Below are positions 20,901-31,061 of a stretch of DNA of 64,000 nucleotides, one piece after another (positions within the stretch are counted from its first letter, which is position 1; each line of letters starts with the position of its first letter). The DNA is from a virus. Taxonomy: Duplodnaviria > Caudoviricetes. Where the stretch lies: IMG/VR virus record IMGVR_UViG_2939702853_000004, positions 1-64,000 of that record. One strand, given 5' to 3'. The position numbers were made by a program, and so were the translations under genes. The notes below the pieces were generated by a model. That model was given only the letters and a program-made list of their open reading frames with translations, had not been told where the DNA came from and ran no database searches.

Positions 20901-21428
20901 TTTATAATTTTTCTCCTTTTTAATGTTATATATAGTTTCTTTTGTAACGTTATATTCAATAGCTAAATCATCAGCCTTAACACCACTTTTTAATTTTTTT
21001 CGTATATTTGTAATTTCATTGTCATTAAATAATGCGTTTTTTGGTCTTCCTTGTGATTTCCGAGCTATACTAGCGCAAAGATGTCTTATGTATTTTGGTT
21101 TATCCATATTATTTTCTGAGTGAGTTCCCATAACTATATTTTCGATTCGTATATTTTCTGTATTTGCATCTAAGTGACGAACAACCTTTCCATCTTCAAA
21201 AGATTTTTCTCCATAGAAACAATATGCAGCAAACTTATGAACAGGTACTCCATAAATACCAGATTGAGTAAAATCAACCTTAATAGAAAACGTTGGGTAT
21301 CTTTGCCTACCTCTCTTCTTTACTGCCAAGGGGCATCCTTTTAATCCGATTAATTTACCATCAACCGTAACTCTATATCCTTTTTCATAAGCTAGGATTA
21401 TTGCTTTTCGCATACTACCATTTTTCAT
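20901..21428 (-). CDS. HNH endonuclease with C-terminal HTH, with no stop codon before thyX
   Basis: VHKFAAYCFYG...VVRHLDANTENIRIENIVMGTHSEN; HTH LAIEYNVTKETIYNIK. Confidence 0.8.
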
Positions 21429-21497
21429 CTTTAATTTGGTACATCCTTTTATATTAGTCATTTTTAAAGGCAGTGGATTTACCACCGCCCATTCGTA

Positions 21498-22280
21498 TTA
21501 GTTAAAACGTTTAGCACCAAGTTCAATTTGTCGCTTTACTTCTTCTTCGATCTTAGGTTCTGGAGCTTCCCATCCTTCAGGCTTGATTACCTTACCTACT
21601 TCATTATAGTGTGGCTTCCCGTCGGGGAACAACTTACTTAAATTTGCATTATGTACAATATCAAAAATCTTGTCTGGAACAATAGAAGTCTCAACTAATC
21701 CACCTTCAGCAAAATACTTAATATCAATCAGTGCATCAATTTGTCCAATTAACCGATCTTCTGGAAAAGGCTTAGTGAGTTGTTTTTTGTATGTCTCTTC
21801 AGCATTCAAGATTAATTCAGCGAAAAATTTATCAAATCTCTCTTTGTTTCCTCCCGTTGCATACAAAAGCTCAATTACCTCCTCAAGCACAAAAGAGGCA
21901 CGGTTGATTGCCAATTTGTCCGACAGTACAGTTGGCACATCTGGAGCAGGGCAATTAAATGCCTTTTGGAATTCACGTACCTTGAAGAAATCGCTATCAT
22001 GGTTATAATATTGAATTTTCACATTTTTTAAATGAAGGTTTCCATTTAAATCAATCTTAATAAATCCATCATTGGTAGAAGTGTGTTTATCCTTATATTT
22101 TCTAAGCATTTGTGTTTCAAACTTATTTGTACGTCTTTTTTCTTTAATAAAGTATGTAACTACAGTCAAACCATCAAGGTGCCCTTTAACAACACCTTTG
22201 ACCTTTAGTGGCTTAATATAAACTTTATCACCAATTTTATAAAATGGTTGTTTTACTTCCTTATTATTTTTATCTGCCAT
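21498..22280 (-). CDS. MazG-like (PRA-PH type) nucleoside triphosphate pyrophosphohydrolase with an N-terminal SH3/KOW-like domain
   Basis: VREFQKAF, EEVIEL, DALIDIKYF, VHNANLSK, GKVIKPEGW. Confidence 0.8.
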   Translation of the reverse strand: MADKNNKEVKQPFYKIGDKVYIKPLKVKGVVKGHLDGLTVVTYFIKEKRRTNKFETQMLRKYKDKHTSTNDGFIKIDLNGNLHLKNVKIQYYNHDSDFFKVREFQKAFNCPAPDVPTVLSDKLAINRASFVLEEVIELLYATGGNKERFDKFFAELILNAEETYKKQLTKPFPEDRLIGQIDALIDIKYFAEGGLVETSIVPDKIFDIVHNANLSKLFPDGKPHYNEVGKVIKPEGWEAPEPKIEEEVKRQIELGAKRFN

Positions 22281-22322
22281 ATGTATTTTGGCTCCCTTAT
22301 ATCACTTTTTTAGTTCTACTTA

Positions 22323-23285
22323 TTAAAAATCAAACTTGAAATCTTCGTCTGTCATTCTTTCAATATTTGTTGTTCTGACATAGCCATTCCCTTTTTTCGA
22401 AAAGAAGTCATGTTGCTTGGTGTTTGTGCTAATTCCATTCTGAACAATTGGATTAATGTCTTCTTCAGGGAAATAATTATCAAATCCTAAGTTCTGTAGA
22501 GCGCGATTCGCATTATAACGTACATACTTCTTTACTTCTTCTTCAAGGCCAATGACAGTATACAATTCATCGGTATATTCCGCTTCATTCTTATAAAGTT
22601 CAGTAACCAAATCAAGGACTTCTTCTTTCGTTCGTTCTTTTTCACGTTTGTTCATGGTCTCGTACACTTCTTGAGCAATTTTACCTGTGTATAGGCCGTG
22701 TATGGCTTCGTCACGCAAAATAAGATCAATGATTTCTCCACTAGATGTTAATTTACCCTGTCCAGCTAAATACAGAGGATAAAAGAATCCACTGTAAAAC
22801 AAATAGCTTTCCAATAGAACAGAAGCAGCCAGTGCCATGTAAAAATCTCTTTTGGTTCTAATATTAATGTAGTATTGCTGTATTGTTTTAGCCTTTTGTT
22901 GAAGATGTTTATTTTGTTCCACCCATTCAAAAATTTCATCAATTTCTTCAGTGGTAGCCAATGTGGTAAAGATGCTGCTGTACGATTTGGCATGAATTTG
23001 CTCCATCATACCCATAAAACCAAATACTGCTTTTCGTTGAAGTCCTTCGACTCGCTCTAAAATTTGGGGCATTCCTACCCCTCCCTGTAGAGTATCAAGC
23101 AACGTCAAACCGCCCAATACCCTTTTATATACATCTTGTTCAGTCGGCATTAAATCGACCCAACTCATTTTATCGTCAGATAGCGGAATTTCATCATCGG
23201 TCCAAAACTGTTCAATATTTTGTTTCCAAAACGTTTGAGTAAACCCATCATCTTCTCTGTTCCAATTTACAGCTTTTAATGTCAT
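22323..23285 (-). CDS. nrdF: Class Ib ribonucleotide reductase beta subunit
   Basis: LTLLDT, EQIHAKSYS, LESYLFYSGF, RDEAIHG (all metal ligands present), HDFFS. Confidence 0.95.
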   Translation of the reverse strand: MTLKAVNWNREDDGFTQTFWKQNIEQFWTDDEIPLSDDKMSWVDLMPTEQDVYKRVLGGLTLLDTLQGGVGMPQILERVEGLQRKAVFGFMGMMEQIHAKSYSSIFTTLATTEEIDEIFEWVEQNKHLQQKAKTIQQYYINIRTKRDFYMALAASVLLESYLFYSGFFYPLYLAGQGKLTSSGEIIDLILRDEAIHGLYTGKIAQEVYETMNKREKERTKEEVLDLVTELYKNEAEYTDELYTVIGLEEEVKKYVRYNANRALQNLGFDNYFPEEDINPIVQNGISTNTKQHDFFSKKGNGYVRTTNIERMTDEDFKFDF

Positions 23286-23305
23286 CTAGTTACTCTCCTG
23301 TTCGT

Positions 23306-25381
23306 TTAAATAGCACAGCTTGTACATTCTTCCACAGATAATTTTTTAGTGCGTGTATAGTACAAAGATTTGAGCCCTTTTTTGTTGGCATATACGTAGT
23401 ATCTTCCCAATTCTTTGGTGGATACATCGCTATTAACATACAATATTGTTGATACACCTTGATCGATATGTCTCTGAATCTCTGAAATCAAATCAATCAT
23501 CTTAAACATATCCATATTGTATGCAGACTTATAAAAGAAGAAGTTGTCTCGTGCCAAAAACGGCATGGGATAATATGTTGTTGAATTGGCGTAGGTTCTT
23601 GTTTCGATTGGCTCAACGATTGGCATAACACTTGAAGTTGAATTTTGTACGTAGCTAATGGATTGCGTTGGAGCAATTGTGAGTCTGTATGCATTAGCCA
23701 AACCAAACTCAGCAACTTGCACTTTTAATTTAGTCCAGTCTTTTTTGGTTGGGAGATTGATCCCTTCAAATAGCTTCTTGATCTTATCACTGACTGGATT
23801 GAAACCTTCTTTTTCGTACATTGTAAAGTATTTTCCATTTGCATATTCGGAAAGTTCAAACCCCTTAAATGAGCCATACTTTTTAGAAAGTTCCATACTT
23901 GCTTCAAGAGAGTGAAAATTCATGGCAGCAAAAAACGCCCTAACGAATTCAATGGCTTCATTACTTTCATAAGCAATACGATTTTTCGCTAAAAAACCAT
24001 GCAGGTTCATTGCTCCAAGTCCAATTGAATGCAGTTCATCATTGGCTAATTTAACACCCGGAGCATTACCGATATTAGTCAATCGTGATACAGAATCAAT
24101 TGCATAAATTCCCGTGAATACAGATTCCTTGATGTTCTTAGACTCCATAACATTCACAATATTCAACGAAGCTAGATTGCAACTAATGTCTTTACGGATA
24201 ATATCCCCTACACCGTAGTCATTGATTTCTGACGTTTCTTGCAATTGAAAAATTTCTGTACACAAATTTGACATCTTAATGTTTCCAATTCTTTTTAATG
24301 CATGAGCAGAATTAGCGTTATCCCTATTAACAATATACGGATAACCAGACTCAAGCTGAGAAACAGCAATTTTAGTAATCATATCTCTTGCGTCTAAGCG
24401 CTTCTTCTTAACAGATTGATTGTTCAACAACTCTTCATACATCTCGTCCATATCCATATCATCTAGGTGAATCCCATAAGCCTTGTAGACTGAATATGGC
24501 GCAAACACATAAAATGGCTTATCCTGTTCAGCAAGTTCATAGAATTTTTGTGGAACAACAAGACCGATAGATAGAGTTTTAAGTCGAGACTTCTCATCTG
24601 CATTGATCTTTTTGCTATCTAGGAATTCTTGAACGTCCCATCCAAAAATATTGTAGTAACCAGCGCCAGATCCTTTGCGTTGCCCCATCTGATCCGCATA
24701 GGAAAAAGCATCTTCCATAAGCTTCAGCACAGGAGATATTCCCTTAGCGGCTCCTTCTACACCCTTAATCGGTTCACCACGTCCACGCAATTTTGAAAGA
24801 TTGACAGCAACTCCACCACCAATTTTAGAAAGTTGCATACATGTATTTAGAACATAATTGATAGAATTAAGGGAATCATCCGTTTCAAGAAGAAAGCAAG
24901 ATACCATTTCTCCTCTTCTGCTACGTCCAGCATTCAAATATGTGGGTGTACTTGGCTGAACTCGTTGTTCCATTAATCCTTTTAGAATATCTACTGCCAC
25001 ATGAAACTGTCCTTGTGCCAAGTACATTGCTACTATACAATTATGCTGCTCAATATCCTCCAGATAATTACTCTTATCATTTGTTTTCAATGCATAATCG
25101 TTATAAAACTTCTGAATAGCCATATATGAAGCGAATCTAAATTTATAGCTATAAGCAATTTCATGTAATCTACTGACTTCTTCTTTGCTGTAAAGCTCAT
25201 AAAAATCTATGTAATAGTCGTTCTCAATTAGACATTGCATCCGCTCTTCATTATCTTTGAAATGCATCGTATTTTTAATGACTTCTTTTTTAAATTCTTT
25301 TATGGCCTCAATGTCTTTTTCTAAGTCAAAGAATCCGTCCTTCTTTTTCATGATTAGGTTGTTCAGTTCTAAGTATTTCAA
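23306..25381 (-). CDS. nrdE: Class Ib ribonucleotide reductase alpha subunit (no intein)
   Basis: PSTPTYLNAG, VSCFLL, SNLCTEI, SCNLAS, APTQSISY, KSLYYTR, C-terminal CTSC. Confidence 0.96.
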   Translation of the reverse strand: MKYLELNNLIMKKKDGFFDLEKDIEAIKEFKKEVIKNTMHFKDNEERMQCLIENDYYIDFYELYSKEEVSRLHEIAYSYKFRFASYMAIQKFYNDYALKTNDKSNYLEDIEQHNCIVAMYLAQGQFHVAVDILKGLMEQRVQPSTPTYLNAGRSRRGEMVSCFLLETDDSLNSINYVLNTCMQLSKIGGGVAVNLSKLRGRGEPIKGVEGAAKGISPVLKLMEDAFSYADQMGQRKGSGAGYYNIFGWDVQEFLDSKKINADEKSRLKTLSIGLVVPQKFYELAEQDKPFYVFAPYSVYKAYGIHLDDMDMDEMYEELLNNQSVKKKRLDARDMITKIAVSQLESGYPYIVNRDNANSAHALKRIGNIKMSNLCTEIFQLQETSEINDYGVGDIIRKDISCNLASLNIVNVMESKNIKESVFTGIYAIDSVSRLTNIGNAPGVKLANDELHSIGLGAMNLHGFLAKNRIAYESNEAIEFVRAFFAAMNFHSLEASMELSKKYGSFKGFELSEYANGKYFTMYEKEGFNPVSDKIKKLFEGINLPTKKDWTKLKVQVAEFGLANAYRLTIAPTQSISYVQNSTSSVMPIVEPIETRTYANSTTYYPMPFLARDNFFFYKSAYNMDMFKMIDLISEIQRHIDQGVSTILYVNSDVSTKELGRYYVYANKKGLKSLYYTRTKKLSVEECTSCAI

Positions 25382-25728
25382 ATATTTTTAATCCTTTCGT
25401 TTATAATTTCAATATCTAGTTGATTCCCTGAGAGTTCAAATTTGTGGATTAAAGGAATGTAATATTCATGTGATATGATATCGGCTGCTCTACCAAACTT
25501 AAGCCCCCAGTTACGATTACCACTAGATACAACACCCTTCATAAAATATTCATTATTTCTAATAAACTCTGCAACTCTTTTTGGGACTTCTCCAAATCCA
25601 GTCGTATACGTAATTAAAACGAAAGGTTCATCAACGAGTAATCCATCATTGATCTTTATATTTCTCATTCTTAACTTATCAACGAATCTCTGTACATTGC
25701 CAGTTAATGAATCATATACAATTAACAT
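25378..25728 (-). CDS. nrdI: Flavodoxin NrdI
   Basis: YDSLTGNV.RF, TYTTGFGEVP, SGNRNWG, KFELSG. Confidence 0.95.
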   Translation of the reverse strand: MLIVYDSLTGNVQRFVDKLRMRNIKINDGLLVDEPFVLITYTTGFGEVPKRVAEFIRNNEYFMKGVVSSGNRNWGLKFGRAADIISHEYYIPLIHKFELSGNQLDIEIINERIKNI

Positions 25729-25786
25729 TTAAGTTCTCGCATTTCAACCTCCTTATGCCCTACCACCCACCCGTATTTATGCCTTC

Positions 25787-27742
25787 TTATTTATGTTTAA
25801 CTCGGTCTTTTTCTTCTGCTCTCTTTGCAGAATTGAAGCGATTCAGATTACCGACTAAATATCCTGTAACTCTGCGAATCCGTGAGATATTTTCTTCGTC
25901 ATTCTCTCCACAAATAGGGCATTCTTTATTTATTACTCCATCAAAATTACAAGATAAGCATTTGTCTATAGGATGATTGACGCTGAAATACCCCATGTTT
26001 TTGTTTAAAGCATATTGAACAATTCGTTTAAATGCTTGTAGGTTATTCCTTGCGTTTCCATCCAACTCAACATAAGATATGTGCCCTGCATTAGTTAATT
26101 TGTGGAAAGGGGCTTCACGCTCAATTTTTTCATATGCTTTAATCTCGTAATAGACTGGTACATGAAAAGAGTTAGTTAGATAATCTCTATCTGTTACGCC
26201 CTCAATTTTTCCATATTGATTCTGAAGTAGTTTCGCAAACTTACCCGCTAGGCTCTCTGCTGGAGTCGCAAAGCAGGTGATGTTCATATCATATTCATCT
26301 GACTTTCTATCACAAAAGTCCTTAATGTAACAGATAATATTATATCCAGCTTTCCATGCTTCTTGATTTTCACCGTGATGGACTCCATATAACGCCTTAA
26401 GACATTCTGCTAATCCTACAAATCCAATGCTAATTGAACCTGAACGAAGTAAGTCCCCTATTTTATCATTAGGCTTTAGTTTCTCGCCACCAATCCAAGA
26501 ACCGTTTTGCATCATAAAGTCACTTGCCTTTGCTGGCTGTTCACACTGGATATTGTAACGATGAATTAAGCCTTTAAGTGTTACATCAAGAACTTCGTCC
26601 AACTTATTCATGAGTCCGACAATATCTCTTTCTTTACGACCGTTGACTATCCCATACTCAATTCCAAGCTTCGTTAGGTTAATAGAGTTAAAAGATAGGT
26701 TTCCTCTACCAGATTGAGATGGTTCACCAAAACGATTAGATATTACACGGGTTCTACATCCCATTGTTGCTATTGCAGTATCCGGCTTGTTGGGATCGTA
26801 GTATTGAAGATTGAAATCGGCATCCACATTACAAAAGTTTGGAAATAGTCGTTTACTTGAACATTCAAGTGCTTTCATGAATAAATCATAATTAGGATCA
26901 GATTCGTTTTGATTTATTCCTTTTTTACATTGGAAAATAAGTTGAGGGAAAATTGCCGTCTCTGAGTGTCCCAATCCATTGATTGATGCTGTTAATAGTG
27001 AGTCTGAGATTAATCTTCCTTCAGTCGAAGTGCAGAGACCGAATGTAACACTTGTAAATGGTACTTGCCCTCCAGCACGAGATGCCATTGTATTAAGATT
27101 ATGAATCAAACTTTCAGATGCTTGATATGTTTCGATCTTTGTTTCTTCTTTTGCATATGCATAAGAATTCGGAAATACCTTGCTAAGTTCTGCATTGTCT
27201 AAATACAATTGATCATCTTCAACCTCTGAAAAAAGTTCATTAAAGTACTTTTGTCCTTTTCTAAAATGCTTTTTAAATGACTTAGTTACATATGGAGCTA
27301 AATCCCAGTCAAACTTTGAAGCCCCACATCCTCCATATTGGCTGTTCTGCTGACATTGAAAAATAATTGCTGCTTGAGCCATTGCAGTCATGATTGAGTT
27401 TGGCGACCTTACAGATCCTTTGTCACTAACCTCAAATCCATTTGCCAATAACTTATCAAAGGGAATAAATAAGCAGTTGTGCGTCCCAATTGCGTAATGA
27501 TCCAAATCATGCACATAGACATATCCTTCATCTATTGCCTTGACTAGCCGTTCTGGTAGTACTATATTTCGTGCATACATTTTACTGTATTCAGAACCAA
27601 ATCTATTCATCTTTCCACTATAAGACTCGCCGTTAAGATTAGCATTTTCTTTTGTTATGTCTTCATTTCTACCTGAAATAATTCCTTCTCCAACACTATA
27701 CAGATCGTTATCATTAAATTGTTGCGTATGTATCATCTCCAT
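25787..27742 (-). CDS. nrdD: Anaerobic class III ribonucleotide reductase (no ATP cone)
   Basis: ENAN, YVHDLD, HNLNTMASRAGGQVPFTS, MGCRT, GRGNLSF, TPAE, TNSFHVP, Zn site, glycyl-radical motif RRVTGYL. Confidence 0.95.
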   Translation of the reverse strand: MEMIHTQQFNDNDLYSVGEGIISGRNEDITKENANLNGESYSGKMNRFGSEYSKMYARNIVLPERLVKAIDEGYVYVHDLDHYAIGTHNCLFIPFDKLLANGFEVSDKGSVRSPNSIMTAMAQAAIIFQCQQNSQYGGCGASKFDWDLAPYVTKSFKKHFRKGQKYFNELFSEVEDDQLYLDNAELSKVFPNSYAYAKEETKIETYQASESLIHNLNTMASRAGGQVPFTSVTFGLCTSTEGRLISDSLLTASINGLGHSETAIFPQLIFQCKKGINQNESDPNYDLFMKALECSSKRLFPNFCNVDADFNLQYYDPNKPDTAIATMGCRTRVISNRFGEPSQSGRGNLSFNSINLTKLGIEYGIVNGRKERDIVGLMNKLDEVLDVTLKGLIHRYNIQCEQPAKASDFMMQNGSWIGGEKLKPNDKIGDLLRSGSISIGFVGLAECLKALYGVHHGENQEAWKAGYNIICYIKDFCDRKSDEYDMNITCFATPAESLAGKFAKLLQNQYGKIEGVTDRDYLTNSFHVPVYYEIKAYEKIEREAPFHKLTNAGHISYVELDGNARNNLQAFKRIVQYALNKNMGYFSVNHPIDKCLSCNFDGVINKECPICGENDEENISRIRRVTGYLVGNLNRFNSAKRAEEKDRVKHK

Positions 27743-28368
27743 TTGTCTCTGTAAAAGAACTGTTTTATCAACATCACTACATCTTATAACAATGTGTTGC
27801 TAATACTTCACTTGCACTGCATCATTTAAAAAGTTGTATAAATGATTTACAATACGACAATTTCGAAATTCCTCTACCTTATTTCCAAGTAAAGCTCTGA
27901 CGACTAGCCACCAACCATCCAAATACTCCCTGTCTTTGTCTCTCTTTAGATATAAAGAGTTTACAGCAATAATCAAAGCTTCGAATTCACGAGGTAACAT
28001 GTCCTCAATAATAAACCTCTTCAGTTCATCATTCATATTTAATTATCCTATTTTATGTATTTTTGTTTATCGCAATCTTATCAAACTGTTTCCATGCATC
28101 TTTCCATATCTGTTCCTTCAAAGCATCATACTTATCAAAATCTTTCTTGCCTAAATGCTGTCTCAACTTCTTTTTCACATATACATCTTCATGCAGTTTC
28201 TTTTCTTGCTCTGTATCTATGTCACACACAAAACAGGCAATTAGAATTTCAGCCAATTCATGGCTTGTGTCCATTCTTTTCTATCCACCTCCTTATGTTG
28301 ATATTGCCCATTCGACTGTTGATCAAATCCGTTCCGTCTTAATCACCTCTTTATATGTTATATATTTT

Positions 28369-28396
28369 ATTATATTCATTTTTTGAATATTGTCAA
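28369..28396 (-). promoter_or_regulatory. Sigma-A promoter upstream of the nrd block
   Basis: TTGACA-N16-TATAAT; an operator-like motif lies just upstream (28405-28420). Confidence 0.65.
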
Positions 28397-28517
28397 TTGT
28401 TTATTTAATTATATTTGTATTATTTTATTTCGTTTTCGTGTGAATTTTCACAAATTGCATTTTATTACTCATTTAACTCTCTCCTGTTCTTAGTTCATTC
28501 ATTGTAAAAGGTACATT

Positions 28518-29159
28518 TTAAAGCAATCTTTCAACCAATACGCCTTTCTTTTTTATTTGATAATTGCCGACATCCGAATCAATTGCTACCTTATACATTT
28601 TATTATTCTTATATGCATCAATGACAGGGTACATTTTTGTTCCACCAAAGAGGTTCAAAGCCAATCTGTTTGATTTGAATACATCCTTGTTTGTTTTGAT
28701 TTCAAAATCTGTTTTCAAGTATTGGTGTTCATTATAATCATAGAAGTCTGCCACATCCACTGATTCAAGCATAATATCTTCAAACTCGCCCATTCCTGCT
28801 TCTTTAAGTTTATTTGAAAGTTCTTCAATGGAAACTAAAATGAATTCTTTTGGCTTTTTAGCGTATTCATATTCCATTCTTCGTAATGCTTTATATTCGT
28901 CATCTTTTGCGACCGCCTTGGTTGAATACTCCTTCAAATGAAATTCTGTAGTTTTTGATGGAACAATGAAGCCATACACTTCAGCCAATAACACACTCAA
29001 CGCTTCGGGGCTGTCTACTTCGTTGTGTTTTTTGATGATTGTTTTACAAAATTCCTCAAATTCTTCTTCGGAATAATCTTGATCTGAAACTATGTAATAA
29101 TCTTCGTAATCAATATCCCAAAGCCCACTACTCACGCTATACAAGTATACCTCGGACAA
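28518..29159 (-). CDS. Hypothetical acidic phage protein
   Basis: 213-aa ORF between repeats 28505 and 29176. Confidence 0.7.
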   Translation of the reverse strand: MSEVYLYSVSSGLWDIDYEDYYIVSDQDYSEEEFEEFCKTIIKKHNEVDSPEALSVLLAEVYGFIVPSKTTEFHLKEYSTKAVAKDDEYKALRRMEYEYAKKPKEFILVSIEELSNKLKEAGMGEFEDIMLESVDVADFYDYNEHQYLKTDFEIKTNKDVFKSNRLALNLFGGTKMYPVIDAYKNNKMYKVAIDSDVGNYQIKKKGVLVERLL

Positions 29160-29199
29160 TTATTTCACCCTTTCTTAAAATGTGCATCTTATAGGAAGA

Positions 29200-29529
29200 C
29201 TAAATACTCACCAATTTATTAACTGTGGTTTCATTAATTTCGTTTGCTTCATAAGCATATTGAATTTTTTCTTGCATAATTACGTCAGGAACAAAAGTCA
29301 ATGCTTCAGCTACAGCATAACTTCCATCTGGATTACGTTGTTGTGTTGATACCTGAACCAAACAGCCGTTAGGCAAGTTGCACACCTTCGTTGATTTCAT
29401 CCACCCCTGAGACTCCGAACTTGCCTTGCACAGCAAAGCAAATGTATTACCATCTCCTACGACTTTGATATCAGATACCTTTTTCTTTGCGTCTTCAATA
29501 TTTTCAACTGACAGGTTCTTTTCTTCCAT
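29200..29529 (-). CDS. Hypothetical phage protein (GWMKSTK...CLVQVSTQQ)
   Basis: ORF with RBS AAGGAG between repeats 29176 and 29565. Confidence 0.75.
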   Translation of the reverse strand: MEEKNLSVENIEDAKKKVSDIKVVGDGNTFALLCKASSESQGWMKSTKVCNLPNGCLVQVSTQQRNPDGSYAVAEALTFVPDVIMQEKIQYAYEANEINETTVNKLVSI

Positions 29530-29586
29530 TATTAATTATTCTCCTTTTTAAATTAATTTCTTCATAAAATTTGACTTTTACATACT

Positions 29587-30108
29587 TTATTTAATAATCC
29601 CAACGCTTTTAATGATGAAGTACCCAATAAATTGCATGATAGTTTTAACAATAGCTTGACCAAGAATAGCATATAGTACTGCATTCCATGGAATAAATCC
29701 TGCTCCTAATGGAGACAGACCAACTATTACAAACAGTCCAGAATCAATAAGACCTCCGCCTGTTCCACTAACAAGGACTTTCTTTTGAAAAGATCCATTC
29801 AATCTGGTAAACACTTCTGTATCGAAAGCTTCAGAAAAAACAAATGTTACAGCACTTGCAGAAACGATCCACAAAGTATCACCAAAGAGCCATGAAGATA
29901 GCGCAGACAAAGCCAGTGCCAAAACAATAATTAGATAAGTCTTCTTCCTACCATATTTCTTTTGCACAAGGTCTCTAAATATAAATGTTGCTCCAATAAA
30001 GAGTGTTCCCATTGGAACAATAAATTTCCATAGAGTGATTGGAGTGAAACTAGCAGTTACTACGTTTGCAATAATAATTCCTGTAATATAAAGAAAAATT
30101 CTAATCAT
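29587..30108 (-). CDS. VUT/YhhQ-family queuosine-precursor (preQ0/preQ1) transporter
   Basis: Multi-TM; IANV.T, G..F..RDLVQ..YG, SE..DT..F and DS.LF motifs; adjacent to a TGT-fold gene. Confidence 0.8.
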   Translation of the reverse strand: MIRIFLYITGIIIANVVTASFTPITLWKFIVPMGTLFIGATFIFRDLVQKKYGRKKTYLIIVLALALSALSSWLFGDTLWIVSASAVTFVFSEAFDTEVFTRLNGSFQKKVLVSGTGGGLIDSGLFVIVGLSPLGAGFIPWNAVLYAILGQAIVKTIMQFIGYFIIKSVGIIK

Positions 30109-30117
30109 AATTCCCCC

Positions 30118-30930
30118 CTAGATTTTCCCGATAATTTTTGCAGCCTTACGACTGTTGCTCTGCATCAAATCTACTGGATGATAGTCTATATATTTTTGCT
30201 CTTTTTTGAACACTTTAATCCATTTTTCTTGCTCTTCGTCTACTACGTTCCCCATTGTAGACATCAATTCAAAAGCTGAGGTATCGCAGCTTATATTTAA
30301 TCCTTCGACTGTGATTCCTGTTAGTTGTAACAACTCTTTAATGTTTGCTATTTCTTTTAGCACACTAAATGTTCCCACTCCAAAAATATGTATGTCCTTA
30401 ATATTGCTATTATAAATAACTGGCAACCCGATCTTAATTGTATCGAGTAGTTTGTATTTGGTTTCATTTATTCTTCCTGACATCGCTACTCCTCCAAGTC
30501 CAATACAATCTTCTGGAGCTGCGATTTTCAGTGTTTCTGTAAGACAATGGATGTAATCTCTTGTTGTAATTCCTTGAACCATAAGTACAAGTTGTCTTGG
30601 TTTTAATTTTTCTCGCATTGAGACGAGATACTGGTTAGCTTTAATAGTTTCTTCGACGTTGCCTATATGATCATAAGATACGATTCGCTCACTAACCATC
30701 CCGACTTTCTTTTCAAGGTTCAACTGCCGTTCAAGTGCTTTCTCAAAACTAACTCGACTATTTTTATCGGTGTCTTGGAATGCTCCACTATCCATAAGTA
30801 TCTTTGTGGATGGATTTTTAATACTAATGCTTCTATATTTGGGATTAAGACACACACATTCTGTAATAAACTCTGTATTTAGTTCCTTGGTATTTAACTT
30901 ATCATGACACTTCGATAAATAAAGTTTCAA
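30118..30930 (-). CDS. TGT-fold guanine transglycosylase, DpdA-like
   Basis: MDSGAFQ, SYD, MVQG, IGLGG, IHIFGVG and SCDTS occur in TGT catalytic-motif order. Confidence 0.75.
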   Translation of the reverse strand: MKLYLSKCHDKLNTKELNTEFITECVCLNPKYRSISIKNPSTKILMDSGAFQDTDKNSRVSFEKALERQLNLEKKVGMVSERIVSYDHIGNVEETIKANQYLVSMREKLKPRQLVLMVQGITTRDYIHCLTETLKIAAPEDCIGLGGVAMSGRINETKYKLLDTIKIGLPVIYNSNIKDIHIFGVGTFSVLKEIANIKELLQLTGITVEGLNISCDTSAFELMSTMGNVVDEEQEKWIKVFKKEQKYIDYHPVDLMQSNSRKAAKIIGKI

Positions 30931-31061
30931 CTATTCACTCTCCAATGATGTTTTAATTGTATCAAAGCGGTTTTACAATATTCAAAATTTTTTATCACTT
31001 CCATAAACTTATAATCAAGATTGTCCGATATATATAATGATTATAGAAAGGGAGATGTTAT

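Noticed and set aside
22323-23285. Metal-free class Ie RNR
   Set aside because: All canonical carboxylate and histidine ligands are present, so it is class Ib.
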